Sequence record: SRR20825010_1521
Length of the DNA stretch: 51,041 nucleotides
Direction: 5' to 3' (one strand)
The notes below the pieces were generated by a model, which searched no databases, was not told the origin of the DNA, and saw nothing but the letters and a program-made list of their open reading frames with translations. The translations under genes and the position numbers were made by a program. Each line of letters opens with the position of its first letter. The first letter of the stretch is position 1. Positions 39,652 through 49,730 of the stretch are shown here, piece by piece.

Positions 39652-40680
39652 ATGAAAAAAGCAATAGTTGTAACCATATCACTTTTAATCTTTTTTGTCA
39701 CTTTTAATGGCATTTCCCAGAGCCTGCCAGAAGGGATAAAAGTATCCAAGATATACTCCGATGAAAATTATAATGCCTTTACCTCTTTGATAAGGTTTAA
39801 AGGAGATTTTTATTGTGCTTTCCGTTCGGGGGAAAGGCATGTTTATGGAAAGGATGGCGTAATAAAAATTATAAGCTCTAAAGATGGCAAGGCCTGGAAA
39901 GATGTTGATCAAATAGCTCTCAAAGGTTTTGATTTAAGGGATCCCAAATTATCGGTTACTCCGGAAGGACTCATAATGGCCACTATGGGAGGGTCTATTT
40001 ATGAAGGCAAGACCTTGTTGGGAGGAATACCCCATGTAGCCTTCTCTAATCCCAAGGGGACCAAGTTCTCCCCGCCACAACCTATTAAATATGATGAAAA
40101 TATAAAATCGAAATTCGATTGGCTCTGGAGCTTAACCTGGAATGAGGGTACTGGTTATGGAGGTATGTATTCTAGAAAGGAAAATAACGAGGGTGAAAAT
40201 GAGACGACCATAAAATTGGTCAAAACCACCAACGGAGTCGATTATCAAATGGTTACCGATCTGGGCATTAATGGGAATCCCAATGAATCTACAATCCGTT
40301 TTTTGCCCAATGGCGACATGTTAATGTTAATAAGACGTGAACAGGGTAACAAAAGGGCTTATTTGGGTCAAAGTAGTCCTCCTTATACGGACTGGAGTTT
40401 TACCGAGTCGCCATACTTTATTGGAGGTCCCGACTTTGTATCGATAGGAGAGGGCCAATATATTGGTGGGGGAAGGATTAACAGGGAGTATACCGGACTG
40501 GTTTCCTTTGGTAAAAATGGAGATTTTAGGGAGGTATTGAAATTGCCATCAAATTCCGATAGCAGCTATCCAGGTTTTGTTTTTGAAAATGATACCCTGT
40601 ACATGAGCTACTATTCTTCCCATGAGACCGAAAAAACCTCTATTTATTTTGCCGAAATACCCTTGGTTGAACTTAAATGA
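39652..40680 (+). CDS. Secreted beta-propeller, sialidase-like glycoside hydrolase
   Basis: Signal peptide; NAFTSLI, Asp-box-like SKDGKAW, DLRDPKL and DSSYPG motifs. Confidence 0.7.
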   Translation: MKKAIVVTISLLIFFVTFNGISQSLPEGIKVSKIYSDENYNAFTSLIRFKGDFYCAFRSGERHVYGKDGVIKIISSKDGKAWKDVDQIALKGFDLRDPKLSVTPEGLIMATMGGSIYEGKTLLGGIPHVAFSNPKGTKFSPPQPIKYDENIKSKFDWLWSLTWNEGTGYGGMYSRKENNEGENETTIKLVKTTNGVDYQMVTDLGINGNPNESTIRFLPNGDMLMLIRREQGNKRAYLGQSSPPYTDWSFTESPYFIGGPDFVSIGEGQYIGGGRINREYTGLVSFGKNGDFREVLKLPSNSDSSYPGFVFENDTLYMSYYSSHETEKTSIYFAEIPLVELK

Positions 40681-40718
40681 ATGCGATAGCCTAAGTTCAA
40701 TTATTTAAAAGTCCAATA

Positions 40719-41870
40719 ATGAGTTTAAAATTTCTTTTTAGTACAATACTGCTCTGGGTGCTGCTGGGAATCGCCTTCTCCTGCAAGAGCAATAAAATAA
40801 CCAACAAATTATCGGTATCCAAAGAACCTAAAACCGTTTTGAGCCTGCAGCCTTCTGCAGACAACCCCCGAAACAGTGAGGGGGATTTTATCAGGCTAAA
40901 AAATGGAAATCTGTTATTTGTGTATACCCATTATACCCAGGGCACTGGGTCCGATCATGACCCGGCACATCTGGCAAGTAGATATTCTGAGGATAATGGA
41001 AATACATGGAGTATAAAGGATGAGGTGGTGCTGCCCAATGAAGGAGGAATGAATGTTATGTCGGTTTCCCTATTGCGACTGCATAATGGTTCCATAGCCT
41101 TATTTTACCTGAGGAAGAATAGTACAGTGGATTGTATTCCCATGATGAGAATATCCACGGATGAGGCAAAGAGTTGGGGTTCTCCAATTCCCTGTATCAC
41201 GGACAAGAAAGGGTATTTTGTTTTAAATAATGATAGGGTAGTTCAGCTTGAAGATGGGCGTTTAATGTTTGCAGTGGCGGAACACCCCACTACGCAAAAG
41301 GGTTTCAGTGCCAAGGGCAATTTATTTTCTTATTACTCCGATGATAATGGTGAAACATGGACTTCTAGCGAAATGGTGCCCAACAATACAGAAATTATTA
41401 CCCAGGAACCAGGTCTCATTGAAATGAATGACGGGCGTATCATGATGTATATTCGGGCAAGCGGTGGAGTACAGCAGCTGTCTTTTTCAAAAGATCGTGG
41501 GGCAAGCTGGAGTCACATTGAGGCAAGTTCTATTTATTCCCCTCTTTCGCCAGCTACCATAGAAAAAGTCCCCGGAACCGGGGATTGGGTCATGGTATGG
41601 AACAATAATGATGGTTCGGATCCAGCTATAAAAGCTAAAAGAACCCCTCTTACGATTGCTATTTCCAAGGACGAGGGGAAAACATGGGGAAACATTAAAA
41701 ATATTGCCACCGACCCAGATGGCTGGTATTGTTATACCGCCTTGTATTTTACAGATCCACAAGATCTTATTTTGGGGTATTGTGCAGGCAACAGAGTACA
41801 GGGAACAGGCCTGGCAATAACCAATATAACTACTCTAAATTTGGATTGGCTAGTTAAACCTGGCGGATAA
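40719..41870 (+). CDS. BNR/Asp-box sialidase-family lipoprotein (GH33-like)
   Basis: Lipobox AFSC; five Asp boxes (SEDNGNTW, STDEAKSW, SDDNGETW, SKDRGASW, SKDEGKTW); RTPL motif. Confidence 0.85.
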   Translation: MSLKFLFSTILLWVLLGIAFSCKSNKITNKLSVSKEPKTVLSLQPSADNPRNSEGDFIRLKNGNLLFVYTHYTQGTGSDHDPAHLASRYSEDNGNTWSIKDEVVLPNEGGMNVMSVSLLRLHNGSIALFYLRKNSTVDCIPMMRISTDEAKSWGSPIPCITDKKGYFVLNNDRVVQLEDGRLMFAVAEHPTTQKGFSAKGNLFSYYSDDNGETWTSSEMVPNNTEIITQEPGLIEMNDGRIMMYIRASGGVQQLSFSKDRGASWSHIEASSIYSPLSPATIEKVPGTGDWVMVWNNNDGSDPAIKAKRTPLTIAISKDEGKTWGNIKNIATDPDGWYCYTALYFTDPQDLILGYCAGNRVQGTGLAITNITTLNLDWLVKPGG

Positions 41871-41989
41871 AGAATTACATTTCTTGCCTTTAAACAGGTA
41901 TTTGATAAAGATTTATTGGAAATTAGGTACTTTGTATTCCAATTTCGTGTGTTTTAAAATATAATCATCAAAACCTTAAACCAAGACTT

Positions 41990-43750
41990 ATGAACCTAAT
42001 GTATAAACATTGTATTTTACTCTTTATGATTTTGGGGCTTACTTCTGGTGGCTATGCCCAGAAGAACCAACGTCCCAATGTAATCTTGGTGATTACGGAT
42101 GATCAAGGGTACGGGGATTTAGGGTTTACTGGGAACCCCCATGTAAAAACACCCGTTATTGATGCCTTGGCACGTGAAAGTGTTAGGTTCAACAATTTTT
42201 ACGTTTCTCCGGTTTGTGCACCAACCAGATCCAGTTTAATGACGGGGCGTTATTCTTTGCGAACGGGGATGAGGGACACTTACAACGGAGGGGCCATTAT
42301 GGCTTCCAACGAAGTTACCATAGCCGAGATGTTGAAGCAGGCAGATTATACGACGGGGGCATTTGGGAAATGGCATTTAGGGGATAATTATCCAAGTAGG
42401 CCCAGTGATCAAGGTTTTGACGAGTCTGTTATCCACCTTTCTGGAGGCATGGGGCAGGTAGGGGATATTACTACTTATTTTAAGGGGGATACAAGTTATT
42501 TTGATCCTGTACTTTGGCACAATAACCAACAGCAAGCCTATGAGGGGTATTGCTCTGATATTTTCACCGATCAGGCGATCAATTTTATTGATAAAAATAA
42601 GGAATCGCCCTTTTTCTGCTATTTGGCCTATAATGCCCCACATACCCCCTTGCAGGTGCCTGATTCCTATTATCAAAAGTATAGGGACATAGACCCTTCT
42701 GCAGGGTTTGGCAAGGACGGAAAGCCATTTTCAAAAATGAGCGAAAAGGATAAGGAAGATGCCAGAAAGGTATATGCCATGGTAAATAATATTGATGACA
42801 ATCTCGGCAAACTCTTCAAAAAATTGGATGCCTTAGGATTATCGGAAAACACCCTTGTAATTTTTATGACCGATAATGGCCCGCAACAGACCAGATATGT
42901 AAGTGGTATGAGGGGACTTAAGGGAGATGTTTACAATGGGGGTGTACGAGTCCCATTTTATTTAAAATATCCAGCACTTTCCAAGGGTGACAAAGATGTG
43001 GAAACCATGACGGCGCATTTGGATGTCCTGCCTACGCTATCGGCAATTTGCGATGTGGAAATGCCAAAAGATAGGATCATAGATGGCAAAAGTTTGGTTC
43101 CCTTAATACAGGGCAAAAAAGTGGACTGGGCAGATCGTTCCCTATTTTTTTATTGGTCGCGCCGCTATCCTGAATTGTATAATAACATGGCCATTCAGAA
43201 AGCAGGGTACAAATTGGTAGGAAAAACAGACTATAATGCCGCTATTGAAGATTTTGAATTGTTTCAACTTACCAAGGATCCATATGAGCAGCAAAATGTG
43301 CTAAAGGAGAACAAAGAATTGGCCATAGACCTTAAAAAGGAGTTGGATGAAATATACGGGGAGTTGATCATTTCTGAGAATCTTGTAAACCCTCCAAAAA
43401 TTTCGGTGGGCACCACCTACGAGAACCCGGTAATTTTGAATAGGAATGATGCCGGAGGGGAGCGCGGTATTTGGAATCAAGAGGAGATTTATGGTCATTG
43501 GGATACTGAAATTGAAGAGGGTTATTATGATATTACATTTAAGTTTGTTCAACCAGTAGTCGGTAATGGGAAAATGGTTTTGGAAGCCAATACGCTTGTA
43601 AGACAAATGGAAAATAAAAAGGGAGATACCGATATAATACAGATGGAGAAAGTTTATTTTCCAAAAATGTCGGGCAAGCTTTTACCATTTTATGCCGTAG
43701 ACAACAAGAATGTTTTTCCTTTTTGGATGGAAATGAAAAGAGTGGATTAG
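41990..43750 (+). CDS. Formylglycine-dependent (S1) arylsulfatase
   Basis: PNVILVITDDQGYGD, CAPTRSSLMTG, GKWHLG and TDNG motifs. Confidence 0.95.
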   Translation: MNLMYKHCILLFMILGLTSGGYAQKNQRPNVILVITDDQGYGDLGFTGNPHVKTPVIDALARESVRFNNFYVSPVCAPTRSSLMTGRYSLRTGMRDTYNGGAIMASNEVTIAEMLKQADYTTGAFGKWHLGDNYPSRPSDQGFDESVIHLSGGMGQVGDITTYFKGDTSYFDPVLWHNNQQQAYEGYCSDIFTDQAINFIDKNKESPFFCYLAYNAPHTPLQVPDSYYQKYRDIDPSAGFGKDGKPFSKMSEKDKEDARKVYAMVNNIDDNLGKLFKKLDALGLSENTLVIFMTDNGPQQTRYVSGMRGLKGDVYNGGVRVPFYLKYPALSKGDKDVETMTAHLDVLPTLSAICDVEMPKDRIIDGKSLVPLIQGKKVDWADRSLFFYWSRRYPELYNNMAIQKAGYKLVGKTDYNAAIEDFELFQLTKDPYEQQNVLKENKELAIDLKKELDEIYGELIISENLVNPPKISVGTTYENPVILNRNDAGGERGIWNQEEIYGHWDTEIEEGYYDITFKFVQPVVGNGKMVLEANTLVRQMENKKGDTDIIQMEKVYFPKMSGKLLPFYAVDNKNVFPFWMEMKRVD

Positions 43751-43883
43751 GATCCAATTCATTTGTTTCTTGTTCATTTTTAAGGAAATAGATAGGTTTT
43801 TCAGGGTCGGAATGTTTCCAAAATGGCACATTAAATAATTGTTGAGTGATACCATTATTAGCGTACATTCGCGCAAAATATTT

Positions 43884-44492
43884 ATGTCCATGGAAAGTAG
43901 GGTAAAAGCAGTTGAGGCGTTGTTCGCGGTATTGGATCGGGAGATAGCTACTTTTCAATCCGAGTCGGGTCTTGGTTGTATAGCAGGTTGCGGTAAATGT
44001 TGCACCCATCCGGACATAGATGCTTCCCCTTTAGAATTTCTGCCATGGGCTTTTAATCTTTTTTTAAATGGAAAGGCAGAAACTACCTTGGAGGAATTAA
44101 TGGTCAGCGATAATTCCATTTGCCATTTATATCGGCCATTGTCCGTTTTGGATAGCAATAGTGGTAGATGTGGTGATTATAAGTTCCGGGGACTAATATG
44201 TCGCTTATTTGGATATGGGGCAAGTAGGGACAAGTTGGGGCAACTGCGTTTGGCCACTTGTAAGATTATAAAGGAAAATCAGGCCGATCTTTATGAGAAT
44301 TCCAAGGTGGCTATGAAAAACGGACTATACGTGCCTATTTTTACAGACTACTATATGAATCTTAATCAAATAGATTTCAGGATGGGAAATAGTATTCTTC
44401 CTATCAATAAAGCAATGAAGGCGGCCATTGAGGAAGTGCTTCAGTATTATGCATACCGTCCCTTCCCGGAAGGGCATAAGGTTACTGCCTAG
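43884..44492 (+). CDS. YkgJ family cysteine-cluster protein
   Basis: CIAGCGKCC and C..Y..RGLICRLFG motifs. ATG 43884 preferred. Confidence 0.85.
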   Translation: MSMESRVKAVEALFAVLDREIATFQSESGLGCIAGCGKCCTHPDIDASPLEFLPWAFNLFLNGKAETTLEELMVSDNSICHLYRPLSVLDSNSGRCGDYKFRGLICRLFGYGASRDKLGQLRLATCKIIKENQADLYENSKVAMKNGLYVPIFTDYYMNLNQIDFRMGNSILPINKAMKAAIEEVLQYYAYRPFPEGHKVTA

Positions 44493-44729
44493 TAACTAGG
44501 GAGAACTTTCCAAGAAACTTGGTTATTGCTTTTTTAAATCAGTGTATTTTACCCTAAATTCTTGTAAATCCACATTGGATTCATTTTGTGTATTGTGTTT
44601 TTTGCCTAGTTTTGAAATTGGACTGTCCAGATATTTGTTTGGCAGGAGATAAAATGCATATTGTCTGAGAAATCAGTAGACATCTTCAAGCTAAAAAGTA
44701 GTTAGGGCTTAAAGGATAATTATAAAGTG

Positions 44730-45542
44730 ATGAGACAACTATTGACTACATTGTTTGTTTTTTGTACCGTTCTGAATGTATTGGCATCTCAGCTGGATAC
44801 CCTAAAAGTTGCGAGTAAGTCTATGGGTAAATCCATTGCCAATCTGGTAATTTTGCCGGATAGTTATACTGCACAAAAACAAGGATACCCGGTACTTTTT
44901 CTTTTACACGGAGCAGGAGGCGACCATACGGATTGGGTAACCAAGGTGGGATCCATAAGAGATTATGCCGACGCATATAACATGATTATAGTCTGTCCGG
45001 ATGGCAGTAAGACCAGTTGGTATTTTGATAGTCCAGTAGATCCGGACATGCGTTATGAGACCTATGTTGCCAAAGAGTTGGTTCAGGCGGTGGATAAGAA
45101 ATACAATACCCTGGCCAATAGGGAATCTAGGGCTATTACTGGCTTGAGTATGGGTGGACATGGGGCTTTTTATTTGGCTTTTAAGCACCAGGAGGTGTGG
45201 GGTGCTGCAGGAAGTATGAGCGGCGGTCTGGATATCCGACCCTTTCCGGAAAATTGGGACTTGTCCAAGCGACTGGGCGATTATGCGGAAAATAAAGGCC
45301 ACTGGGAAGATAACACGGTAATCAACATGGTTTATTTGTTGAAAAAGGACAATTTAAAGCTCATTTTTGATTGCGGAGTTAATGACTTCTTCTATGATGC
45401 CAATAAAAGAATGCACCAAAAATTGTTGGAAAGAAATATTCCGCACGATTATATAGAACGCCCAGGAAGCCACAATTGGGATTATTGGGCCAATGCCATT
45501 CAGTACCAACTATTGTTTTTTGATAGTTTTTTTAAATCCTAA
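44730..45542 (+). CDS. Secreted alpha/beta-hydrolase esterase (CE1/tributyrin-esterase-like)
   Basis: YPVLFLLHGAGG, GLSMGG nucleophile elbow, DCG..DFF and GSHNWDYW motifs. Confidence 0.88.
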   Translation: MRQLLTTLFVFCTVLNVLASQLDTLKVASKSMGKSIANLVILPDSYTAQKQGYPVLFLLHGAGGDHTDWVTKVGSIRDYADAYNMIIVCPDGSKTSWYFDSPVDPDMRYETYVAKELVQAVDKKYNTLANRESRAITGLSMGGHGAFYLAFKHQEVWGAAGSMSGGLDIRPFPENWDLSKRLGDYAENKGHWEDNTVINMVYLLKKDNLKLIFDCGVNDFFYDANKRMHQKLLERNIPHDYIERPGSHNWDYWANAIQYQLLFFDSFFKS

Positions 45543-45605
45543 AGTTGGGTTATGCTTCTTGTTGATCTGGCTCAGGAGATCAATTCGTATGTAATACTTT
45601 GATAA

Positions 45606-47243
45606 TTAGGCTTTTAAATCTATTTCTTTAAGGTTCTCTATTCTGTTGCGTACCAAGAAGGCATCTATGGTCTCGAAATGTTCTATGACGCGTTTGTCCT
45701 TAAATTCGAATACTTTTTGAGACAGTCCTTGCAGAAAATCCCGGTCGTGGGAGACCAATATTAAGGTGCCATCAAAGGCAAGCAGGGCCTCTTTAAGAAC
45801 ATCCTTGGATTTTAGGTCCAAATGGTTGGTAGGCTCATCCAGTATCAGAAGATTTACCGGTTCCAAAAGCAATTTCACCATTGCAAGACGGGTTTTTTCC
45901 CCTCCCGAAAGTACACTTACCTTTTTTTCCAGGTCATCACCACTGAACATAAACCTGCCTAAAATATTTTTGATCTGTGTGCGTACGTCCCCTTCGGCTA
46001 CTTCATCCACAGTCTGGAAGATAGTGAGTTCAGGATCTAACAAGGAAGCTTGATTTTGGGCAAAATAACCAACTTTTACATTGTGCCCCAAGCTGCATTT
46101 GCCCTCTACTTCAATTTCGCCTAAAATGGCCTTGATCATCGTTGATTTTCCTTCCCCGTTCCTTCCCACAAAAGAAACCTTTTCGCCACGGGAAATGGAG
46201 AGATTGGCATCTTTGAAAACCACATGGTCGCCATAACTTTTGGATAGCCCTTCAGCAGTAACCGGATAGTCGCCGGAGCGAATGGAAGGAGGGAACCTCA
46301 GTTTTAGGGCCGTGGTGTCTATTTCGTCAATTTCTATGATCTGAAGCTTTTCCAACATTCTTTCCCTGGAAGTTACCTGGTTGGTTTTGGAATAGGTGCC
46401 CTTAAACCGGTCAATAAAGGCTTGATTGTCTGCAATAAACTTTTGCTGTTCCTGATAAGCTTTTATTTGGTGGCTTCGCCTGTCTTCCCTTAACTGAAGG
46501 TAGTGGGTGTAGTTGGCCTTGTAATCATAGATCCTGCCCATGGTTACTTCTATGGTTCTGTTGGTAATATTATCTATAAAGGTTTTGTCATGGGAGATTA
46601 CGACAACTGCCTTGGCTTTGTTCAACAGGAAATCCTCCAGCCAAATAACTGATTCTATATCCACGTGGTTGGTGGGCTCATCCAAAAGGATTAGGTCCGG
46701 CTTTTGCAATAATATCTTGGCAAGTTCTATTCTCATTCGCCAACCACCACTGAATTCACTGCTAAGGCGATGAAAATCTTCGCGCTTAAACCCTAGTCCC
46801 CTAAGCGCCTTTTCTACCTCTGCCTCGTAATTTATTTCTTCAAGTGCATAGAATTTTTCACCCAGGTCCGAAACTTTTTCAATAATATTCATATAGGCGT
46901 CCGATTCATAATCGGTACGGGTTTCCAATTCCTTATTGAGGCGTTCAATTTCATCCCGCATGCTAAAGATTTCCTTAAAGGCTTTGGAGGCTTCCTCGAA
47001 AACGGTACAACTGTCATCGGTCAATAAATGCTGGGGCAAATAGGCAATTACGGCGTCCTTGGGATAGCGAATATGACCTCGGGTGGCTTTTTGCTCCCCT
47101 GCAATTATCTTCATCATGGTAGATTTTCCAGCCCCGTTTTTGCCCATTAGGGCAATCTTATCGTTCTCATTGATAACAAAGGAAACATCACTAAACAAGG
47201 TGTCACCACTAAATTCCACCGCTATTGCATCTACAGAAATCAT
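45606..47243 (-). CDS. ABC-F family ATP-binding protein
   Basis: Two NBDs (GKNGAGKST, GRNGEGKST), SGGWRMR/SGGEKTR, two LDEPTNH motifs, no TM domain. Confidence 0.95.
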   Translation of the reverse strand: MISVDAIAVEFSGDTLFSDVSFVINENDKIALMGKNGAGKSTMMKIIAGEQKATRGHIRYPKDAVIAYLPQHLLTDDSCTVFEEASKAFKEIFSMRDEIERLNKELETRTDYESDAYMNIIEKVSDLGEKFYALEEINYEAEVEKALRGLGFKREDFHRLSSEFSGGWRMRIELAKILLQKPDLILLDEPTNHVDIESVIWLEDFLLNKAKAVVVISHDKTFIDNITNRTIEVTMGRIYDYKANYTHYLQLREDRRSHQIKAYQEQQKFIADNQAFIDRFKGTYSKTNQVTSRERMLEKLQIIEIDEIDTTALKLRFPPSIRSGDYPVTAEGLSKSYGDHVVFKDANLSISRGEKVSFVGRNGEGKSTMIKAILGEIEVEGKCSLGHNVKVGYFAQNQASLLDPELTIFQTVDEVAEGDVRTQIKNILGRFMFSGDDLEKKVSVLSGGEKTRLAMVKLLLEPVNLLILDEPTNHLDLKSKDVLKEALLAFDGTLILVSHDRDFLQGLSQKVFEFKDKRVIEHFETIDAFLVRNRIENLKEIDLKA

Positions 47244-47517
47244 ATTCCAAATTTAAGTCTGCAAAACTATGAAAAAGCGGGATACCGATAGCATTTTATT
47301 GGAGTATTGAACCTAATGTTTTTTGTAGTTGCGATATGGAAGCTAATGTATAAGTCGGTTTAGCGACGAAACACCTTGTTTTGTTGGTTTTTTTTGGTAA
47401 AAAAATCTAGATCGCGAATTGCATATGATTTTGTAGTGAAGCGGTATGGATTAATATTCACATATTGTCTTTTTTTTCGGGACCTTTAATAAATGAACAT
47501 TTTATTTCTGATAACGA

Positions 47518-48225
47518 TTATGTTCTAGTCCTCTTACGGAGTTTCATGAGTCGGTCCTTGTAGTAGGCCTTCAATTCGTCCAAAAAGCTCATTGGGTTTT
47601 CGTACTCCGTCAATACTTTGTAAGTATGTCTATTTTTGGCCGCCGCCAGTTCCTCCCGCAGTTTTTTTAGCTCCATTTTTAAATATGTAAGGTCGGGATC
47701 TTTTAAGGGCTCTTGTTTTTCGTGCGGCTTAATCAAGGTGTTGCCACTAAAAATATGTGCGTGATAGGCCTTTAGGGCCGCCAAATCACCAGATCGGTAT
47801 ATTTCTATAAGTTGGGTCGTGATCTCCGTGGCCAAGTCCAATTTATCGGTTTGCATAGAAAATTTATCGGGATGTACATATAGCATGGCCTCTCGGTACA
47901 GTTGCTTCCTTTGTTGTCGTTCCCTTGAATTCTTTTCTGGAATCGGTTTTGGTTGGTCTGAGGTCAGGATTCCGGTCTGGTCATAGTTCTTTCCGCGCTT
48001 TTTTTGTGCCAGGCGTTTATCCTTTTTTGTCTTTTTTTGTTGCTTATAGAGCAGTGAAAGTTCTTGTTCCTCAATTAATTCATCTTCGATTTTGGTACGG
48101 AGAAGGTTTTCAAAAACGGATGTTTTTTGAATTGTTTCGTTGATTTCCAATTGCAGCCTATTAATCTCCGCCTGTAGGAGTTGAATTTGGGTAGGGAGTT
48201 CACTGGGAAGGTAATTTTCACTCAT
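47518..48225 (-). CDS. Coiled-coil protein with a J-domain-like HPD motif
   Basis: RKQLYREAMLYVHPDKF flanked by coiled-coil-like segments. Confidence 0.65.
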   Translation of the reverse strand: MSENYLPSELPTQIQLLQAEINRLQLEINETIQKTSVFENLLRTKIEDELIEEQELSLLYKQQKKTKKDKRLAQKKRGKNYDQTGILTSDQPKPIPEKNSRERQQRKQLYREAMLYVHPDKFSMQTDKLDLATEITTQLIEIYRSGDLAALKAYHAHIFSGNTLIKPHEKQEPLKDPDLTYLKMELKKLREELAAAKNRHTYKVLTEYENPMSFLDELKAYYKDRLMKLRKRTRT

Positions 48226-48410
48226 GGTTCCAGGGCAATGATAATCTTAATTTTAATGGCAATTTAAACAATAAAAACTGTCCAAACGGAGTTCTTATGG
48301 TGATGCGCTTTAAAAGGAAGAAACTGATAAGGTTTTAATTGCATTCCATTGCGCGTGAATTATTATAAATTTTATTGATTGTAAAACAATTCTGATTCAA
48401 AAAAAGAGAG

Positions 48411-48845
48411 ATGGGAAATTTTAAAGCTATTGTCAAGTTGGGATTTGTAGTATACACCTTGCTATTGGGGTTTTCTTCCTTTGCTTCCAAAAATGTAGAT
48501 CAATTAACCATTGGGGTAAATAAGACCCCCGCACTTTTTGGGGAGGAAAATTTTCTGGGAAATTGGAAGTATTCTGCAGAAAATGTGCCTTATGAGTATG
48601 CCAAGGGGATATTGTTTATATCTAAAAAAGAAGGTGTACTTACAGTTGTAGTTGCTTTACGAGGTAGGGAGAGCAAGGCACAGGACGTTAGGGTGGAAGA
48701 TAATACTTTGACATTTGACCTTAATTTGGAAGGCCAAATAGTATCCGTGAGTATAAATGCGGAAGGTGATAAGATAAGTGGAAAGGCAAGTTCTCAGGAC
48801 GGTGTTTTCCAATTAACAGGGGAAAGGCGTTTAGATCCTGAATAG
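48411..48845 (+). CDS. Secreted hypothetical protein, paralog of 17530-17949
   Basis: Signal peptide and GNWKYSAENVPYEYAKG motif. Confidence 0.75.
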   Translation: MGNFKAIVKLGFVVYTLLLGFSSFASKNVDQLTIGVNKTPALFGEENFLGNWKYSAENVPYEYAKGILFISKKEGVLTVVVALRGRESKAQDVRVEDNTLTFDLNLEGQIVSVSINAEGDKISGKASSQDGVFQLTGERRLDPE

Positions 48846-48893
48846 GAATTGATTTTTAATCTTTTTAGGGCTGCTTAGAGTCCCTTAAGTCAT

Positions 48894-48928
48894 AAAAAAA
48901 AACCGAAGTTTTTAACTTCGGTTTTTTT
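48894..48928. terminator. Bidirectional terminator
   Basis: A9-CCGAAGTT-ttt-AACTTCGG-T7 between convergent genes. Confidence 0.9.
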
Positions 48929-48949
48929 CTTTTTAAAAATTGTTTCCCC

Positions 48950-49489
48950 TTAAAAGGTAATTGGTAGGGAAACTCTGGTGTTTCCCCATCCTAAAACCAT
49001 ATGGGTACCATTGTCTACATCTTTATAAGCAATGGAAAAGGCATCCAAAGATTCGGACGCATTGCTCACACCGGCGGGTACACGTAATACATCGGCACTT
49101 TCCTGGTAGGAATAGGCCCCCCACTGGTTTAAATTTTTGTTCAGTATTATGGTCCATTCCTTATCACCTGGAATGGTAAATAGGGAATAAGTACCAGCGG
49201 CAACTGCTTTACCACCTACAGTAGCATCCTTATAAAAAATAATTTCAGCGGCCTCATTGGCTCCAGTTCTCCAAACCTTCCCTGCTGGGGCTAGTTCAGA
49301 AATTGAACGTCCTTTTAATTGTGGTCGACTATAAGTTACTCGAACCAATTTTTCCGAAACTTTATAATCAGTAGGGTAGGAGGCAATGTCCGCTGGACTC
49401 TTGTCCAATCCACTGAATTTCTGTGCCATAGCTTCAGAGCTAAAGGCCAAAGCAATAACCATAAGTGCAATCGTAAATAAATTTTTCAT
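48950..49489 (-). CDS. DUF2911 domain protein
   Basis: YSRPQLKGR, VWRTGANEA, GTYSLFTIP and QWGAYSY motifs. Confidence 0.88.
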   Translation of the reverse strand: MKNLFTIALMVIALAFSSEAMAQKFSGLDKSPADIASYPTDYKVSEKLVRVTYSRPQLKGRSISELAPAGKVWRTGANEAAEIIFYKDATVGGKAVAAGTYSLFTIPGDKEWTIILNKNLNQWGAYSYQESADVLRVPAGVSNASESLDAFSIAYKDVDNGTHMVLGWGNTRVSLPITF

Positions 49490-49730
49490 TTTTTTTAGTT
49501 TTAGTGATTGTCAAATTTAAGTAGTATTCCTATTAATTTGAATTAAAAGTCGGTAAATTTTGGTCACCTTACAAAATAGATGGTTGGTGTAAGCGATTTC
49601 CTTTAAATTATAACAATATATTAGTATTTGGACATTTATAGTTTTAAATTATAACTAATTTTAAGTTTTATATTTTATAATGTATATATTAGGTCGATAT
49701 TTGCTTTAAAATTGACATAAATATTATTGT

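Noticed and set aside
44730-45542. Esterase as an alginate de-acetylase belonging to the locus
   Set aside because: It is separated by an unrelated gene, has no operator box, and belongs to a generic esterase family.
46249-46257. Short CCCTTCAG match in the ABC-F gene as a further sRNA target
   Set aside because: An 8-nt match inside a coding region is expected by chance in 51 kb.
47306-47349. Imperfect direct repeat ATTGAACCTAATGT / ATGGAAGCTAATGT resembling cassette-end motifs
   Set aside because: Two short degenerate copies with no partner arm or recombinase; insufficient evidence.
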